DNA of 64,000 bases from the human T2T-CHM13v2.0 reference genome, Homo sapiens. How positions within the stretch are numbered: position 1 is the stretch's first letter; the number at the start of each line of letters is the position of its first letter. The DNA is taken from assembly GCF_009914755.1 (NCBI RefSeq), contig NC_060932.1; one strand, written 5' to 3'. Of this stretch, positions 45,718 through 60,454 are shown in pieces. The translations under genes and the position numbers were made by a program. The notes below the pieces were generated by a model. That model was not told the origin of the DNA, searched no databases, and worked only from the letters and a program-made list of their open reading frames with translations.

Positions 45718-46771
45718 TATTCACCTCATAGATAAAAAATAATAAGGCACAGAGTGAAGTAGAGAAGGGATGATTTTGGTTATAGTGATGGTGTTTTCTT
45801 GGAATGGAAAGGAAATGGTAAGAAAAGACCATATAAAGGAGAAAATGTGACATCAGAATTTGGAAAAAGAAGTTTACGTTTGCCAAGGAAATGATGGTGT
45901 TAAGGGAATCCCATGCAGAACAAACAGCATATGCAACATCATGAAGGATGGGTACGCGGTTTACTAGGAGAACATAAAGAATCGGGAGGAATATATTAAG
46001 TTCAACTCAAAATGAGCAAATATCAGGTCATAAAGGGATGTTATGTCATGGTAAGTATCTTTAATTTTTATTATTTAGGCAGCTAGTATGGGGGATTGTC
46101 ACGAAAAATGTTTAGCACGGGATATGGATGCAAACGTTAAGGATATCTGGTCTAGTTTTAGGTAAGGAATATATGTGAGGGGTTTAGGAATGTTGAGGAG
46201 AGGGTACCCATGGGGTCAAGCTTTAGTAAGGAAAAGCAGAAAACTACTCCTTGAAATTTTCCTGTGCACACTGATGAAAGCCAGATGCTTCTCCTTTGTG
46301 TGTTCATACCACCACTTACTTACCATTACAAGAGAAATCATCATATTTTGGTATTGCTGTACCTGCCTATGTTATAACTCATCATCTTCCCCAGCCCCAA
46401 TCCATTCACTAGATAGTAAACTCATTGAATGTAAAGTTTGTGTTTTTTCTCTCCATACTCACAAACTCCAATGTGGTGCATAGTGGGGCTTGACAAGTGT
46501 TTAAATACATCATTAGGAATTTTATTGGAAATAATTAATACTTCACTGTATAACACGATGCCTGTATTTCTTCTGGCTATTGCTACAACCTGGAATCAGC
46601 TGCATTTAGGTACCTACTGAACTTGTGAAAATTAAATGAGTAATAGAATTTTTATATTTTTTCTCGTTAAGTGTCATACATAAAAGTGTGTAAACTTTAT
46701 TTTTCATATAAGAAATATCTAAAAGTTGAGTTATAAAAGAGGAAGGAAACTAAAGTTGATTGAGCACTCTA

Positions 46772-46992
46772 TTTTGTTTGTTTGTTTGTTTTTGTTTTTT
46801 AATGAAAAAACAAAAAATGGATATTTGCAAGGGCTCCTGGAACCAAAAATAATATCCATTGCATGTGGTCTTGCAATGTCGCCCAGGCTAGAACACAGTG
46901 GCTATTCACAGGTGTGATCATAGAGCACTACAGCTCCTGTCCTCAGCCTCCTGAGTAGCTGGGTCTACAGGCACACACCACTGCACCTAGTT
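46772..46992 (-). mobile_element. FAM (fossil Alu monomer, 7SL-derived) carrying an internal foreign insert
   Basis: FAM/7SL motif 'cagtggctattcacaggtgtgatcatag'; decayed TSD taaagttga(t/c)tga at 46751 / 46993. Confidence 0.75.
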
Positions 46993-47619
46993 TAAAGTTG
47001 ACTGAATATTCTTCAATCCTGAAAATGCTGCAAAGCAGGTATTAGGATTTACAGGAGTTATTTTGGTGGTGTCATTATGGGGTTATGACCAGAAGCCCAA
47101 GAATGCTTGACTCACCTCCCCCTTCCAATAGAGTTCCTAATAGAGTCATAGGAAATTTTAAAATAATTTTCAAAAATTGCAAACCAGGAATGAAATAATG
47201 TCTTATGTTAAAAGTCACATACATTTCTGAAAATGTAAGCAGAGCTCAAATAAAAGTCAAGCTAATGCATGTGGTCTAGGCCCCTGTCCTAAATAGAGCT
47301 TCGTACTTCTACTTGAATAGAAACCTTTGGATCCATCGTGAGCTTACAATCAGGGGGAGATTACCAGATCTCAGGAAAGTCCTAGTTCGTTACAACTGGT
47401 GTTTAAATATACCCAGGAACCAGTAGAGAGAAAATTGCCTTTAGAACTCTTTCTTCACTGATTGATTCCACTACTGCATTTAGAATAGAAGAGACTCATA
47501 CTGGGGTCTAAGGTAGAAATATATAAAAGGAGACATGGGATTTTTTCATTTAACACAGTGTCTCTAATCAGAGGTATCTTTGGCTCAATCTAATTGACAT
47601 TCTGGCCAAAATAAGTCAG

Positions 47620-47770
47620 AAAAATTTTTCCCTATAGAGTAGATATTATTCCTATTATTTTATGGATGGATACAGGGATGTTTAAATAAATTGAATGGCT
47701 TGTTCAAGGGTACAGAGGTAGAGAAGCTGGAATTTGTACCACATTTTTCAGATTTTAAACCTATGCTCTG
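47620..47770 (-). mobile_element. MIR fragment
   Basis: 'agtagatattattcctattattttatggatg...ggcttgttcaagggtacagag..gaagctggaatttg'. Confidence 0.55.
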
Positions 47771-48165
47771 GCTGAAATCCTAGGGGAGACCCCTGGCTGA
47801 CTCCTGATGGTGCACGAGATACACTCAGTTGAGACCTGTTGAGACACTTAACTGTCCAGAACTGTCATTAAAAGAGATAACTGCTGTTTAAACCACTACA
47901 TTTTGGGTAGTTTTATATGCATCAATAGATAGCTGTGATACAGACATTCTCTGAGTGTAATCTTATTTAATATTGTATACTTTAATAAAACATACGTGTT
48001 CTTACTGTTTAAGAAGTTAGAGGGAAGGGAGCTCACTTAGCTTACTGTTGAAATCCATTCTAGACTCACAGTTGATTTGAGATCATTTGAAGTGGTCTGC
48101 AGAGCATCCTAGATAATCAAAAGCTATGTAAACAAAGTATAATGCCATTTTTTAAAAATTGAATC

Positions 48166-48474
<309 letters not shown>

Positions 48475-51439
48475 GTGAATCAAGATAATACTACGTACAT
48501 TGCCAGAGAATTAAGACTTGGCAAACAATGAAGAATACTCTACTGACCCAAATTTCAACAAATATGTAAACTAACAAACAGTTCTGTATCATTTATTTTT
48601 AAAAATCAGTGTTTCCAAGTTAGGACCCTATCAACAAAGGGATAAAAATATTCTTGAATATATTTTGATCCTCAAAATGTAAACTAAGATATGATAGTTT
48701 GGCTTCCCCACAGCCTGCCAACAGACCTTTCTTCTTTTACCCAGCTACTTTTAAAATAATGTATTTGAACTCAAACATGTAAATGCTATATGAATTTAGC
48801 TCTTTCCACAATGCTATTACAAAATGAAAATTAATAGCAAATACAAGTGTTGAGGTTTATCTGGGTGATTATTATTGTCATCAGCATGTTCTTGTGGAAT
48901 ATAACATTTTTATCCTAATTATTGAAGGACACTGTATGGAATACTCCTTTCCAACATAAAATGATCGAAATAAAGAAGACTCGGATGCCTTGATTAATCA
49001 AACATTTACGTGTTAGTCAATGGAAGTCATACTTTTGAGTGTGAAGTATGCAGAAAGTTAACATTATTAAACGGGAGCAATAACCAAGCTGATGAATAAT
49101 TCATTAGCATTCTTTCACCTTCCTTTAAAATAAGCTATTACTTGCATTGTGGGAAAGCAGATAATAGATTATAATTGATCACTTTTTCAGGAACTAGAAA
49201 TGGTCTTATATTTAAAATCCTTGTTTTAATTATCTAGCCCGATATTTCTTTAACCAATATTATAACATCAGGAGGTTCAGAAGATCCTGTGGAAGAGATA
49301 TTTCGACATATTTAGTCTACATTTCTTGATTTCATAGTAAGATTGTAATGAGGAATTCCCATTTACTCTTGAGCTCAGCATTTAGATAACTGAATAATAA
49401 ACCACAATCAATGAGGACCTTTAAAGATTGTCACTCTATGTTCAGACTGGACTTAAAAAAAAAACAACAACAAAAAACATAGCTTGCAACCATTTTTGGC
49501 TCAATCCCATTTGGTGTTCAGAATGTAAATGAGATTTGTTATCAGGAAGGAAACCTGAAACTGATTTAACCTAGAGATTAATCTTCATATTAAGGATGTA
49601 TTTACATTTCTTGCACAGCACAGTAGGTTAGCACAAAGTAGGATCTGCCTTTAATTTTTAAAAATGGCTAAGCCCAATTGACACACAGTACATATTTCTC
49701 ATTTTAACTATTTTGTTTATTTCATGGATTCTTTTATTTTCTTGTGGTCATGTTAAGTCTTGCTGGATAGAAAATATGCGAAAATAGAAGCCAAACCACA
49801 GTAAAATGACTCTGCCTAACCCTAAGTGTTCCAGCCATTTCCTTTTATATCTTATAATAAGATATGACAACTCAATTTAAAGAAAATACACAATAGTTGC
49901 TGACTACAGTGAAAAGTTTATATTAAAATAATGTGTTGCTGTGGGGAGGTGGATAATTGAGCATACAGTAGGTGATTTCTGGCTGGGCTCCTGAAATAAG
50001 CAAAAGTAATATCTGTTAACAAAGGATAAAGGCAGATAATGTTACTCTAGTCAGTAATTAGGATTGTAGAGATCCCTGTTTAAATGCTGATGCAAGAGAA
50101 AATTAAGAAGGCTGCATTTAGTCATTAAAGTTGAGCTGATCCAAATTCTCTCAGTAAGACCTGACCTTTCATTGGGCCCACTTCCTACTGATATTTGACT
50201 CTACCAGTTTTTCTCTGAATTTTAATGAAGACTGAGTAAACTTGAGAACTCTAAATAAAATCTGGGTGAAACTGCTAATTTTAAAAAGCAATTGGAGAGA
50301 CTTAAAACCCTGAAGCCCTAGAAAGTTTCTGCTTCTTTCAAACAGAAGATTGGCCTATTTTTGTCTCCTTCAGCCTCTTATTTAATTCCAGGAGATAGAC
50401 CTTTAGCTCTTTGACAGTCATTGAGTTGACCAAGTCAACTTCTGGAAGGATATCATTCTTATAAAATTCTAATTGACTACTCTTTTCTTTCCTTCAAGAG
50501 AATTTATGAAATTAATCTAAGACACAATCTTCTTGAGCTACTCTGTTCACCAAAACAGCAGTAACTTGAATGATCATGTCAGTGTTATTAACAGATAATA
50601 AGAAAGCAGGTATTTTTCCTCTAGCAGTGCTACAAAGTGATAATATTTGTGTCCTGAATGCTGACTTACAAACAAAAATCTAAAAGGCAAATTTATTCCC
50701 CAAATTATAGGCCAAAGAACTCCCCTTTTTTTCTATTCTGTTTCTAGAGATGACTCTGGGGTGCTAGCCATGGTAAGTCTTCATCCATTATAGTTTTGGG
50801 GTTTGGAAATAATTATAGGAATCTAGACATGATTAATGTAGATGACCATACTCCCCTGTGAAAGAAAAGAATTGTGGAGACTTGGGGGTTATTATCACTT
50901 ATTGTGTCTGAACAATTTTTCCCACAATGCTTATTTTCTACTTGTTCCATTGAGGAAGGTTTTGTGAGCATAAGTAGGGTGGATTAAAGTGGGGAGAGAA
51001 TAGAGTTAAGGAAACAATTAGAAAGGTATTTCACAATGTACTGGGGTGAAAATCTCCATTATTATTTATCAGTGTTCCTTTAGTTGGGACCTGGAGACAA
51101 GCCCCTCTAATCAAGCATTATTATAAATGACAGACACTTGAATCTCTATAATCTTCTCCATAGGCTTGGTTCATTCCATTCTCACTAAATCTCTTTTATG
51201 CGCTAGAGCAAGTGTCTTATCAACTCTTGCTCTGTTTCCTGAGGTCATCTGGCATGCGTATTGACTGCTTTCTTCCTTTGCTAGTCTATGTTTACTTCTG
51301 GTTACCATCTTCAGAATTTTCCAATAAGGTTAATTACTATGGCCCTACCTTTTTTTCACTTGAGCAGTTGGCCTCCTTGACCCCTATACTACATTAAATA
51401 TCATCTCTCCATTTTATAGTTCCATAGAACCTTATATTT

Positions 51440-51705
51440 ACTCAGTCATTCTTATATTTGATCATTCAACAAATGTGTGTCGAGTGTTTACTGCGTGCTA
51501 GGTACAACAGTTAACAAAAGAGGAGAAAATTCCAGGCTTCATAGAGCTTACATCCTTACATGTTATTTAATGTCCTCACATCTCCACTAAAATGAAAGCT
51601 CTTTGAGAGTAAGAATCATAAATGTCTTCTTCACCACTATATCCTCAGGAATTTGCAGAATGCCTGAAACACTGAAGAAGCACGGTGAATATTTATTTAA
51701 TTATT
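51440..51705. mobile_element. L2 3'-end fragments, both orientations
   Basis: 'cattcaacaaatgtgtgtcgagtgtttactgcgtgctagg' and 'tcttcaccactatatcctcagg..gaatgcctgaaac'. Confidence 0.6.
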
Positions 51706-52305
51706 AAATAAACAAAAGTTGCAACTTTACAGAAGCATAGGTGCTTTATCTGCTCATGAGAAAAGTCTAGCTGTATAAAATTAATAGTAAAAATATCTAT
51801 AAAAAGTAACATAATGGAACTGTTAGACTGGAACACAGTAGTACAGAGGCATTAGCATTATGACAATATCACTACTTAAAAATTATTTTCTAGAAAAGCC
51901 TTTAGATTTATTTCATACTTTGTCTTTTCAATAGGTATCAAGGCATTGTTTAAACACTTCCTAACACATAGTTTAAGTATATATAATACAAAAAAACTCA
52001 TTATGAATGATTGTTACACTGACACAAAGGACTCCATCAGCAAAATATGTGATATAAGACTAAGCACAGATTATTTTTTATCTTGTTGTATGTGTATATA
52101 TCTTGTTATATGTGTATACATTTATATACACACACAAATATATATACACATATATAGTGTCTACATAAATATATGTATATATTTTCCAGTTTTTCTTAAA
52201 TGCTTTGAATGAAATAAAAGAATATTGAGTTCAAACATTGCTATTGTTAATAGAGTATTTAAATATGCCCAAGTTCTTTTTTGGGGAACAAATGGATAAG
52301 TTATT

Positions 52306-53900
52306 TCTATTTATTTATTTTTCTTCTACTTTTATTTTAGGTTCTGGGGGTATATGTGCAGGTTTGTTACATGGGTAAATTGTGTGTCACTGAGGCTTAG
52401 TGTACAAATGATCCCATCATCAAGGTAGTGAGCATAGTAACCAATAGATAGCTTTCTAGCCTATGCCTAGTGCCTGCTGCCCCCCCACCCCACCAAACAG
52501 TCCACAGTGTCTATTGTTCCCATCTTTGTGTCCATGCATATTCAATACTTAGCCCCTACTTACAAGTGAGAATGTGCAGTATTTGGTTTTCTGTTCCTGC
52601 AGTAGTTCACTTAGGACAATGGCCTCCAGCTATGTCCATGTTGCTGCAAAGGACATAATTTTATTCTTATTTATGGCTCTGTATTATTCCACAATGTATA
52701 TGTACCATATTTTCTTTATATAGGCCACCATTGATGGACATTTTGGTTGATTCCATGTCTTTGCTATTGTGAATAGCACTGCAATGAACACATGAGTGCA
52801 TGTGTCTTTTTGGTAAAATGATTCATTTTCCTTTGGGTATATACCCAATAATGGGATTGCTGGATCAAATAGTAGTTTCTTTTTTCAGTTATTTGAGAAA
52901 TCTCCACACTGCTTTCCATAGTGACTGAATTAATTTACACCACCAGCAGTGTATAGGTGTTCCCTTTTCTCTGCAACCTCATCAGAATCTACTATTCTTT
53001 GACTTTTTAATAATAGCTATTCTGACAGAGGTGAGATGATATTTCATTGTGGTTTTGATTTTCATTTCTCTAATGATTAGTAATGATGAGCATTTTTTAA
53101 TATATTTGCTGGCCACATGTATGTCTTCTTTTGAGAAATGTCTGTTCATGTCTATTGCCCATTTTAATGGAGTTGTTTTGTTTGCTGATATGTTTAAGTT
53201 CCTTATAGATTCTGTATATTAGACCATTGTCAGATGCACAGTTTGTTAATACTTTTTTCTTGTTCTGTAGGTTCGTCTCTTTATTCTGTTGATGGTTTCT
53301 TTTGCTGTTCAGAGCTCTTTAGTTTAATTAGGTTCCACTTGTCAATTTTTGTTTTTGTCTCAATTGCTTTTGGGGACTTAGTCATAAATTCTTTGCCAAA
53401 GCTAATGTCTAGAATGGTATTTTCTAGGTTTTCTTCTAGGGTTGTTATTGCTTTAGGTCTTATCATTAAATCTTTAATCAATTGTAAGTTAATTTTTATG
53501 GTGAAATGAAGAGGTCCAGTTTCAATCTTCTGCATATGGCTAGCCAGTTATCACAGTACCATTTTATTGAATACAGGGTTCTTTCCCCATTGCTTATTAT
53601 TGCTGACTTTGTCAAAGATCAGCTGGTTGTAGGTGTGTCGCTTCATTTCTGGGTTCTCTATCCTGTTCCATCTGTCTATGTGTCTGTTTTTGTACTGGTA
53701 GCACACTGATTTGTTTACTGTAGCCTTGTAGTATAGTTTGAAGTCAGGTAGTGTATGCCTCTGGCTTTGATCTTTTTACTTACAATTGCTTTGGCTATTC
53801 AGTTGCTTTTCGGGTGCCATATGAATTTTAGAATAGTTTTTCTAATTCTGTGAAAAATGTTGTTGATAATTTGATAAGAATAGCATTGAATCTGTAAATT
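52306..53900 (-). mobile_element. 5'-truncated L1PA13-16-like element
   Basis: 3' end 'gtgcaggtttgttacatgggtaaattgtgtgtcactgagg'; ORF2 remnant at 53281-53535 ([14 protein letters not shown]). Confidence 0.85.
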
Positions 53901-54676
53901 TGACAAGTGGACTTTGACATAAGAAAACAGTCTCTCTAGGAAGCATTGTGTGGCTATATGCATATTATGTTTCTAAATACAACCTTTGTTAAGAAAAAGG
54001 CAAAATTAGTCTATCTGAACAATGTAAAATAGGGAGGGATTAAAAATGAATTTTTTAAAAAGCAAGCACTTGGAGTGGTATATGGAATCTGTTGTGTGTG
54101 GTTGGGCAAAGTACAAAATGTATTATACAGAGAGTTGTAATCTCTGAGTGAAAGTTTAGTCATCATCAACACATTTTTCCATCTTCATGAAGTCCTAATC
54201 TCTAGTTATTATTAATTTGTACAACATGGTGTTCAATATTTGACTGCAAAATAGAGGTAAGATATATCGCTTATAAAAATGAGTCTGTAACTGTTTCTGT
54301 CTTTCAAGGTGTACTAAGTATTACACAATCATATATCTACTCTTACTTTCACGTATTTGGCTGGCAGTGAGTTGGGAAGAATTTGTGGTCCTGGATAAAA
54401 CAAATAAAACTTCTCAGTCATTTTGCAGTTGTATTCATTATACAACAAAAATGGAATGGAAAAAAAAATGGATGACATACACCGAAGGCCATGTAAGGAA
54501 TTATAGAGTGGTGACAAAAGAGCTGGAAATATAAAATATACTGAGAGCAGAGGTCAAGAACACCAAGGAATTAAAAGCATTGTGTACGTGGTAGAATCAT
54601 ATTTTGAAGTCCAATTAATTAGTCTTCCCCTTTACTTCTTCTTATGTGACACATCTTTATACATCCAAATCACTCA

Positions 54677-54973
<297 letters not shown>

Positions 54974-56309
54974 TTAATAACTAATTCCTTGTCCTAAAGA
55001 TTGCAAGAGAAAAGGATGGGCTACAAAAATAAATAAATAAATAAAAATAAAAAAGATGGGCTTCTTTACTCCCTCTTAGATAAATGTCAACTGATGTGGA
55101 GAAGAAAACATGGTTGGGCAGGTGGGAGAACACCCTCAAAAATGTACAGATTTTACAGGATGCTAAAGAAGTTTGGCACCTTGTCCTCCTGAGGAAAAGA
55201 AGCCTAGAATGAGAAGAAGAGAATCCCAGAAAATCAAAAGATGGAGGGAACGTCTGCTTTGATTTCAATATTATAGTCCTGAAGTGAGACTAAGCCTTGG
55301 GGAGAAGTGTCATTTTCTGTACATTGCTGGGCCAGTAGATTTAAAATGGCTCTGTACATTTTCTAGAAAAATGGGTCAGATCCTCTCTGCATGCTCCAAG
55401 AAAGTTGTGAAAGTTCTTTCAAAATGAGACAAAGGATTCTTTAAAAGAAGGTGCTGCACATAGATTGCCTAGTGTGAAATCAGAAAATAACCCAATTTAA
55501 TTTTGCAGGTGACCTTAGAAAGGAAAATGACTGTTTTAGCACTAAGCTGGGCAGTGTGTTTCAGCAAAGGCCAAGGAAGTTTGGTGCTGATGTTTGGAGA
55601 TCAGTGGATATGAAGACGGAACAGCCAATTCCAGCATGGCTGAAGACCAATAATGAATAACTTCACACTGCTTCCTCATTGACATATATACCCCTTCCGA
55701 TACAGTCCTAAATGGAAGAAAAAAGAATAGAAATTATGAATTGAGTTTACAATGGAAATGACTAGGAAATGCTGGAAGTGACTAAATTTGGCCAGAAATA
55801 ATCACATTACCTTTGATGACATCAGGTGGATCAGATTTTAAAAAGAGAATAAATGGTTTTTCAAAAAAAAAACTTATATTTACTTTAATTGTACATTAAA
55901 CATGTACAATCCCCTCTTCTGGCAATTGCTAGCAACTGAGTATAAGATTGGGAGTGAGAAAATTTCCCAGGAAAAATCAGGGTCCTCACTTGGAAATTCA
56001 AAGCAGTAAAACTAAACAAAAGCTAAAGTTCCTCTCAGTGCAAATCAGGCAAAAAAAAAAAAAAAAAATCTAGAAACAGAAGAAAGGGAATGAAGATTCA
56101 CAGCTAAAAGACAGCATGACCAAATGCAAAGAAGGATTAAAGTAAATGGCTATAAACAAGAAAAGAACTATAAGGTGGTAGGAAAGGGCTTGTGAGGAGG
56201 GGATTAGGAAAATGTCCAGTGGAGTTACAAGGAAGACAGATCCTGATACTGAAACCCATTAGATTCAAGATCACAGATCCATAAGTCCTCTAATACCTAT
56301 AGACTAAAA

Positions 56310-56465
56310 TGTGATTGGCAGACCAGTGCCATCATCATGTCAGCATCACCAGGAAGCTTGTTGGAAATGCCAAACCTCAGGGCCCACCCTAGGCCAACTG
56401 AATCAGACTGTGAATTTTAACAAGAACCCTACATGAGTCTTACAAACACTAAAGTTTGAGAAGGA
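56310..56465. mobile_element. MER5A-type hAT-Charlie MITE
   Basis: 'cagcatcaccaggaagcttgttggaaatgc...ggcccaccctagg..actgaatcaga...taaagtttgagaa'. Confidence 0.7.
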
Positions 56466-56504
56466 AGCTGTAATTAATCCACAGAGGAATGCGTGAGAAA
56501 ATAT

Positions 56505-56615
56505 GAATTTAAGTTCTATGTGAATGGGAATTTTGCCTGTTTTATTTGTGGCTCTGTGAATAGCATCTATAATATTGCCTGACACATGGTGAGTACATAA
56601 TAAATATTTGTTGAA
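56505..56615 (+). mobile_element. L2 3' end
   Basis: 'tgcctgacacatggtgagtacataataaatatttgttgaa'. Confidence 0.65.
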
Positions 56616-58449
56616 AAAACAATCTATCTTAATTCCACCTTTATTATTTAAAAAATCAAATAAAAGTACCTTCAGAGTTGATAGTTTAGCTTTTGAATAT
56701 GAAAGGCAGCCTTAATCATTCCCCCTAACCAATAATTAAAAAAAGAATAAATGCCAAGCCTTTGAGGATTTCCTTATATATTTCAAATTCATCAACACTT
56801 TTACTCTCTCACTATTCCTCCATATCATAATGAAAAGGGATTCAAAACTCCACAATTTTCTAATTTATTGTTGGTAGGTAAGAAAGTATTGCTTATAGAA
56901 TTAACACATTCCATATTGTACTCTGTATTTCTCTTGATCCATACATAAATGGATCATTCATTCATATATTTACTCAGGACATGTTTCTTCTATATTCCAT
57001 GAATTGTACTCAGTCTTCTGGAGAAAAATGCGAAACATATACAATCACTACGCTTAAATAGTTTAAATCCAGTGGGAAAATAAACATTTTAACTACTAAC
57101 CACACATATTAAACAGAAGAGAATGAATTATGTAAAGTAGAATTTATATGCAAAATAATGAGAGAAGTTGTCAAGCCCACACAAGAAAAGGCCAAAAATC
57201 AAGACTGACTGATTAAACAGCTAAAAATATAATGTGTCACTTTTAGATTCAGCTTATTACTTCCCTCGACAATGAAGGGAAGGATAGCAAAAGTGGCCAG
57301 TTTCCAGTGGTCCATTTTCCACACATCAAAAAGAACAATATCAAAACAAAAAGGGGCAAGATTGGCTGCAACATGAGTTGTGGGATATCCTGTTCCTGAG
57401 GAACCAGGTTTTGACTGCTCTAAATTGTTTTACAATTTGCAATACTATGGTGAGGGGACAGGAAGAAAGCCCCACACCCCATCAGAACTTGAAGGTGCTG
57501 TGAAACTCACTCCCAGCAGCCCCCCAGGGGAGATGGAGAAGGGAGTGGGAGCTGGCCTCATAGCAGCCCTTCACAGGCCCCTCATCCTCTCGTGTTCCAG
57601 GAGGATTGAAAGGCATTCTGGCAACACTCACATTAGCTTGTGTTCAAGTCCAAGTGTTTGTCTGTAGGGCCTATGTGGACATGTGCAAAGCTGTAAGGTC
57701 ACCCTGGAGGAGTCATTGCCCTACAGAATTCAGAAATAGGAGTGATAAATTCTTCTTGATATTGGAAAGAATTCACCACAGAGCCTTAAGGTAAAGAGGT
57801 TTTGTTTGTGGCATCAATGTTTCTGCTCTCAAAAGCAGCATTATAAAACTGGGAAAAGATATGAGAAGTAAGTAGAGGTGAAATGCATCCCATTCTCCAC
57901 TTTTTTAAGCAGCTTTGCTGAGAATGAGTCCCATGAAGTTGGTGTGTGCAGAGACGCATTGCCTGAATAACTAGAAGAGCTGATGGATGATACCCCTGCA
58001 CCACGCAGGAAAGTGTCTATCTGTTTAGGCAGAGTGTGCATGTGAAAATAATCCCGAGGTAAATAAAGTTAGTAAGGAAATAAAGATATGGACATTGAAA
58101 ATGAGGAGAAAATAACAAAAGGAATATAAAAATGTTATAAATAGCAATATTTGTAACTTGTTATTCTAAGAGATGGTAACATAGAAACTGTAAGAAGAAT
58201 CCAGTAATGTTTCAATATCATATTAGGCATAGGTTAATGCATCCTATTGGATCTTCTTGATGCTATTACCTTACAGCACCATAGCTGCTTGTTAATCTTC
58301 AGCCATCTCATGGTATTTTCTCCCAGAAGGGCCATCCACAACCCTGCTGCCATAGCCTACTGACTCAGTGTCTGGTGCTCTCCAGGAGGGCTGAACTCAC
58401 TTTTCCCTTTGGATTGAAGGCCAAACCAGTCACAAACTGTAAGAGGCAG

Positions 58450-58926
58450 GCTTCCCCGATCCCATCACTCCCTGGTTAGATAAAACATGTGGCACATAAT
58501 ATCTAGTTTACAGAACAACTACCAAAAGGACCAGAAAATACAACTCTGAGATTCAGGGCAGTTAATTACTTCCTTGATAGGCAAGGTTTGTTAAGTGGAA
58601 AACCAGAACCGTGAGAGAATAAGTTTCCTCCCTTTCTATTCTTCCATAGAGTTATCTGTAGAATGTTTAATCCATAGAGCCCATCTAAAGAGTCATGCAT
58701 AACCAAACAGATGCACGTGCCGATTGATGGGCTTATTTTTGTGGTTTGTGTAAAGTAGAGGGCAGTGCTATAACACATGACTATGCATTTTTTCACATCC
58801 TTCTCTGTCTACTCCTGCTCCCCTTTTCCTTTAATCTCACTGCCTTGGGATTGCACCTTCCACATAAACAATTAGCACTAACTCTTGCTTCAATTTTCTG
58901 TTCTCTAGAGAAAAAGGGCTAGGACA
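58450..58926 (+). mobile_element. Old ERVL LTR (LTR16-like)
   Basis: 3' terminus 'ataaacaattagcactaactcttgcttc..ctgttctctagagaaaaagggctaggaca'; 5' boundary uncertain. Confidence 0.5.
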
Positions 58927-60454
58927 GAAATATGTGTGGACGAAAGTAAAAATATCTATGCACAAAAGCAAAAAAAAAGGATGGGTTCAGAGCTCTTCCA
59001 AACCTTTGCTAATTATGTGACATTTCCCTGGAAGAAAAAAAAATACTATCAAAATCTCTCCCCGTGCCTCATACATAGCAGGTACTTAGGCAATGTTGGT
59101 TGGGTAAAGCACACAATCAGAGTTTAATAGAACAAAGGCCATCATAACTCACTTCTTATCAGTCCTCTATAAGAAAAAGCCTTCTTGCTCAGTAATATGG
59201 CCAGAGTTAACAGAGATTTCACTGTACGAATGGAGAGAAATGTCAACTGTAAAAGTCATTATTTAAAAAACCAACAAATAAGAAACCCCAGTTGTGGTAT
59301 TTGGTAACAATCAGGACAGTTTTAATTATTCATATAATTTGTTTAGATTATCACTCTTACCTTTTGGTCTTCTTTCATCTGACGCCAACTGAGGACTTTG
59401 TCTAAACACCCAAGCCTAGGCATCACCATCATTGTCTCTGTCTTTTCTTCTCTCTCTTCCCGTCCTTTCTGCATTCTCACAGTGATCTTAGCCACTTACA
59501 TGACATTGAGTATAATTTGTACCCAAATAAATCTCATTGTACTATATCCATCAATGACCTCTCTTCATTTCTTCTGTATATTTTCTTTAACTTTTAAAAT
59601 ATTTTACCTAGAATGATTCACTGACTCATCCCATTTTATCAAAAACTGAACTCTTCAGTACATTAGCCAGTTCTTTTTCATGCCTAATTTGTGACAACGA
59701 TGTTTACTCCCTAAATATGCCTATGTTCATTGAGCAAAGGTAGTTACCAGATATTGACTGAACTTATCAATTATTTTATTTTGTAAATTCCACATGGGAA
59801 AACCTGTTCCCCATCCTCAGCTTCTGTACACCAACACTGGCCTTTTAGTTACTGATTACAAGCCTATTAATCAGGTGTCATAACCAAGCCCTTTCATTGC
59901 TTTTACTTAGTTAATTTCACTCATTAAATTCTCTAAAATGCTACTCTATCTCATCTGAATTCACAATTTAGAGGGCAAAGCTTTTATTTACTCGAATTAC
60001 CACTAAAAACCTATCGACTCATTGAAGGAAGAGGATGTGGAAATAGAAATATCTCCAACATGCCTGAAAACATTACAAAATGAAAATGGAATAAAGTGCA
60101 GGGGAAAGCGATAGGTGCCAGTATGCTAATATGAAAGCAAAAACCTGGGAAAGAAGACACAGATTGATTTGTTTCAAAAAGCTGAAAGCCTGCAATCTTC
60201 TCTACCACTTCTATTTATGTTTCGTAGAATAATTACAATAAATGCCTAGCAATGTTTTTTCCAAAACAGACTCACATTTGTCACGAATCCTTTCGAATTT
60301 GTTTCTGAGAGTTCTGTGAACATTCCTTGACACCAAAAGAAAACCCAGTGAAGATATCCTTAGCTTACTGTTGTTGTTTTTATATATAGAACCAGTAGAT
60401 TTAAAAAAAAATCTCCATCAGTATACAATATCGAGAACAATCACTACAGCAGTT

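Noticed and set aside
46867-46992. 7SL RNA gene
   Set aside because: Lacks the 7SL S-domain and is decayed with a tail and TSD; it is a FAM retrocopy.
50423-50441. agttgac-caa-gtcaact hairpin
   Set aside because: A 7-bp stem is expected by chance in 64 kb.
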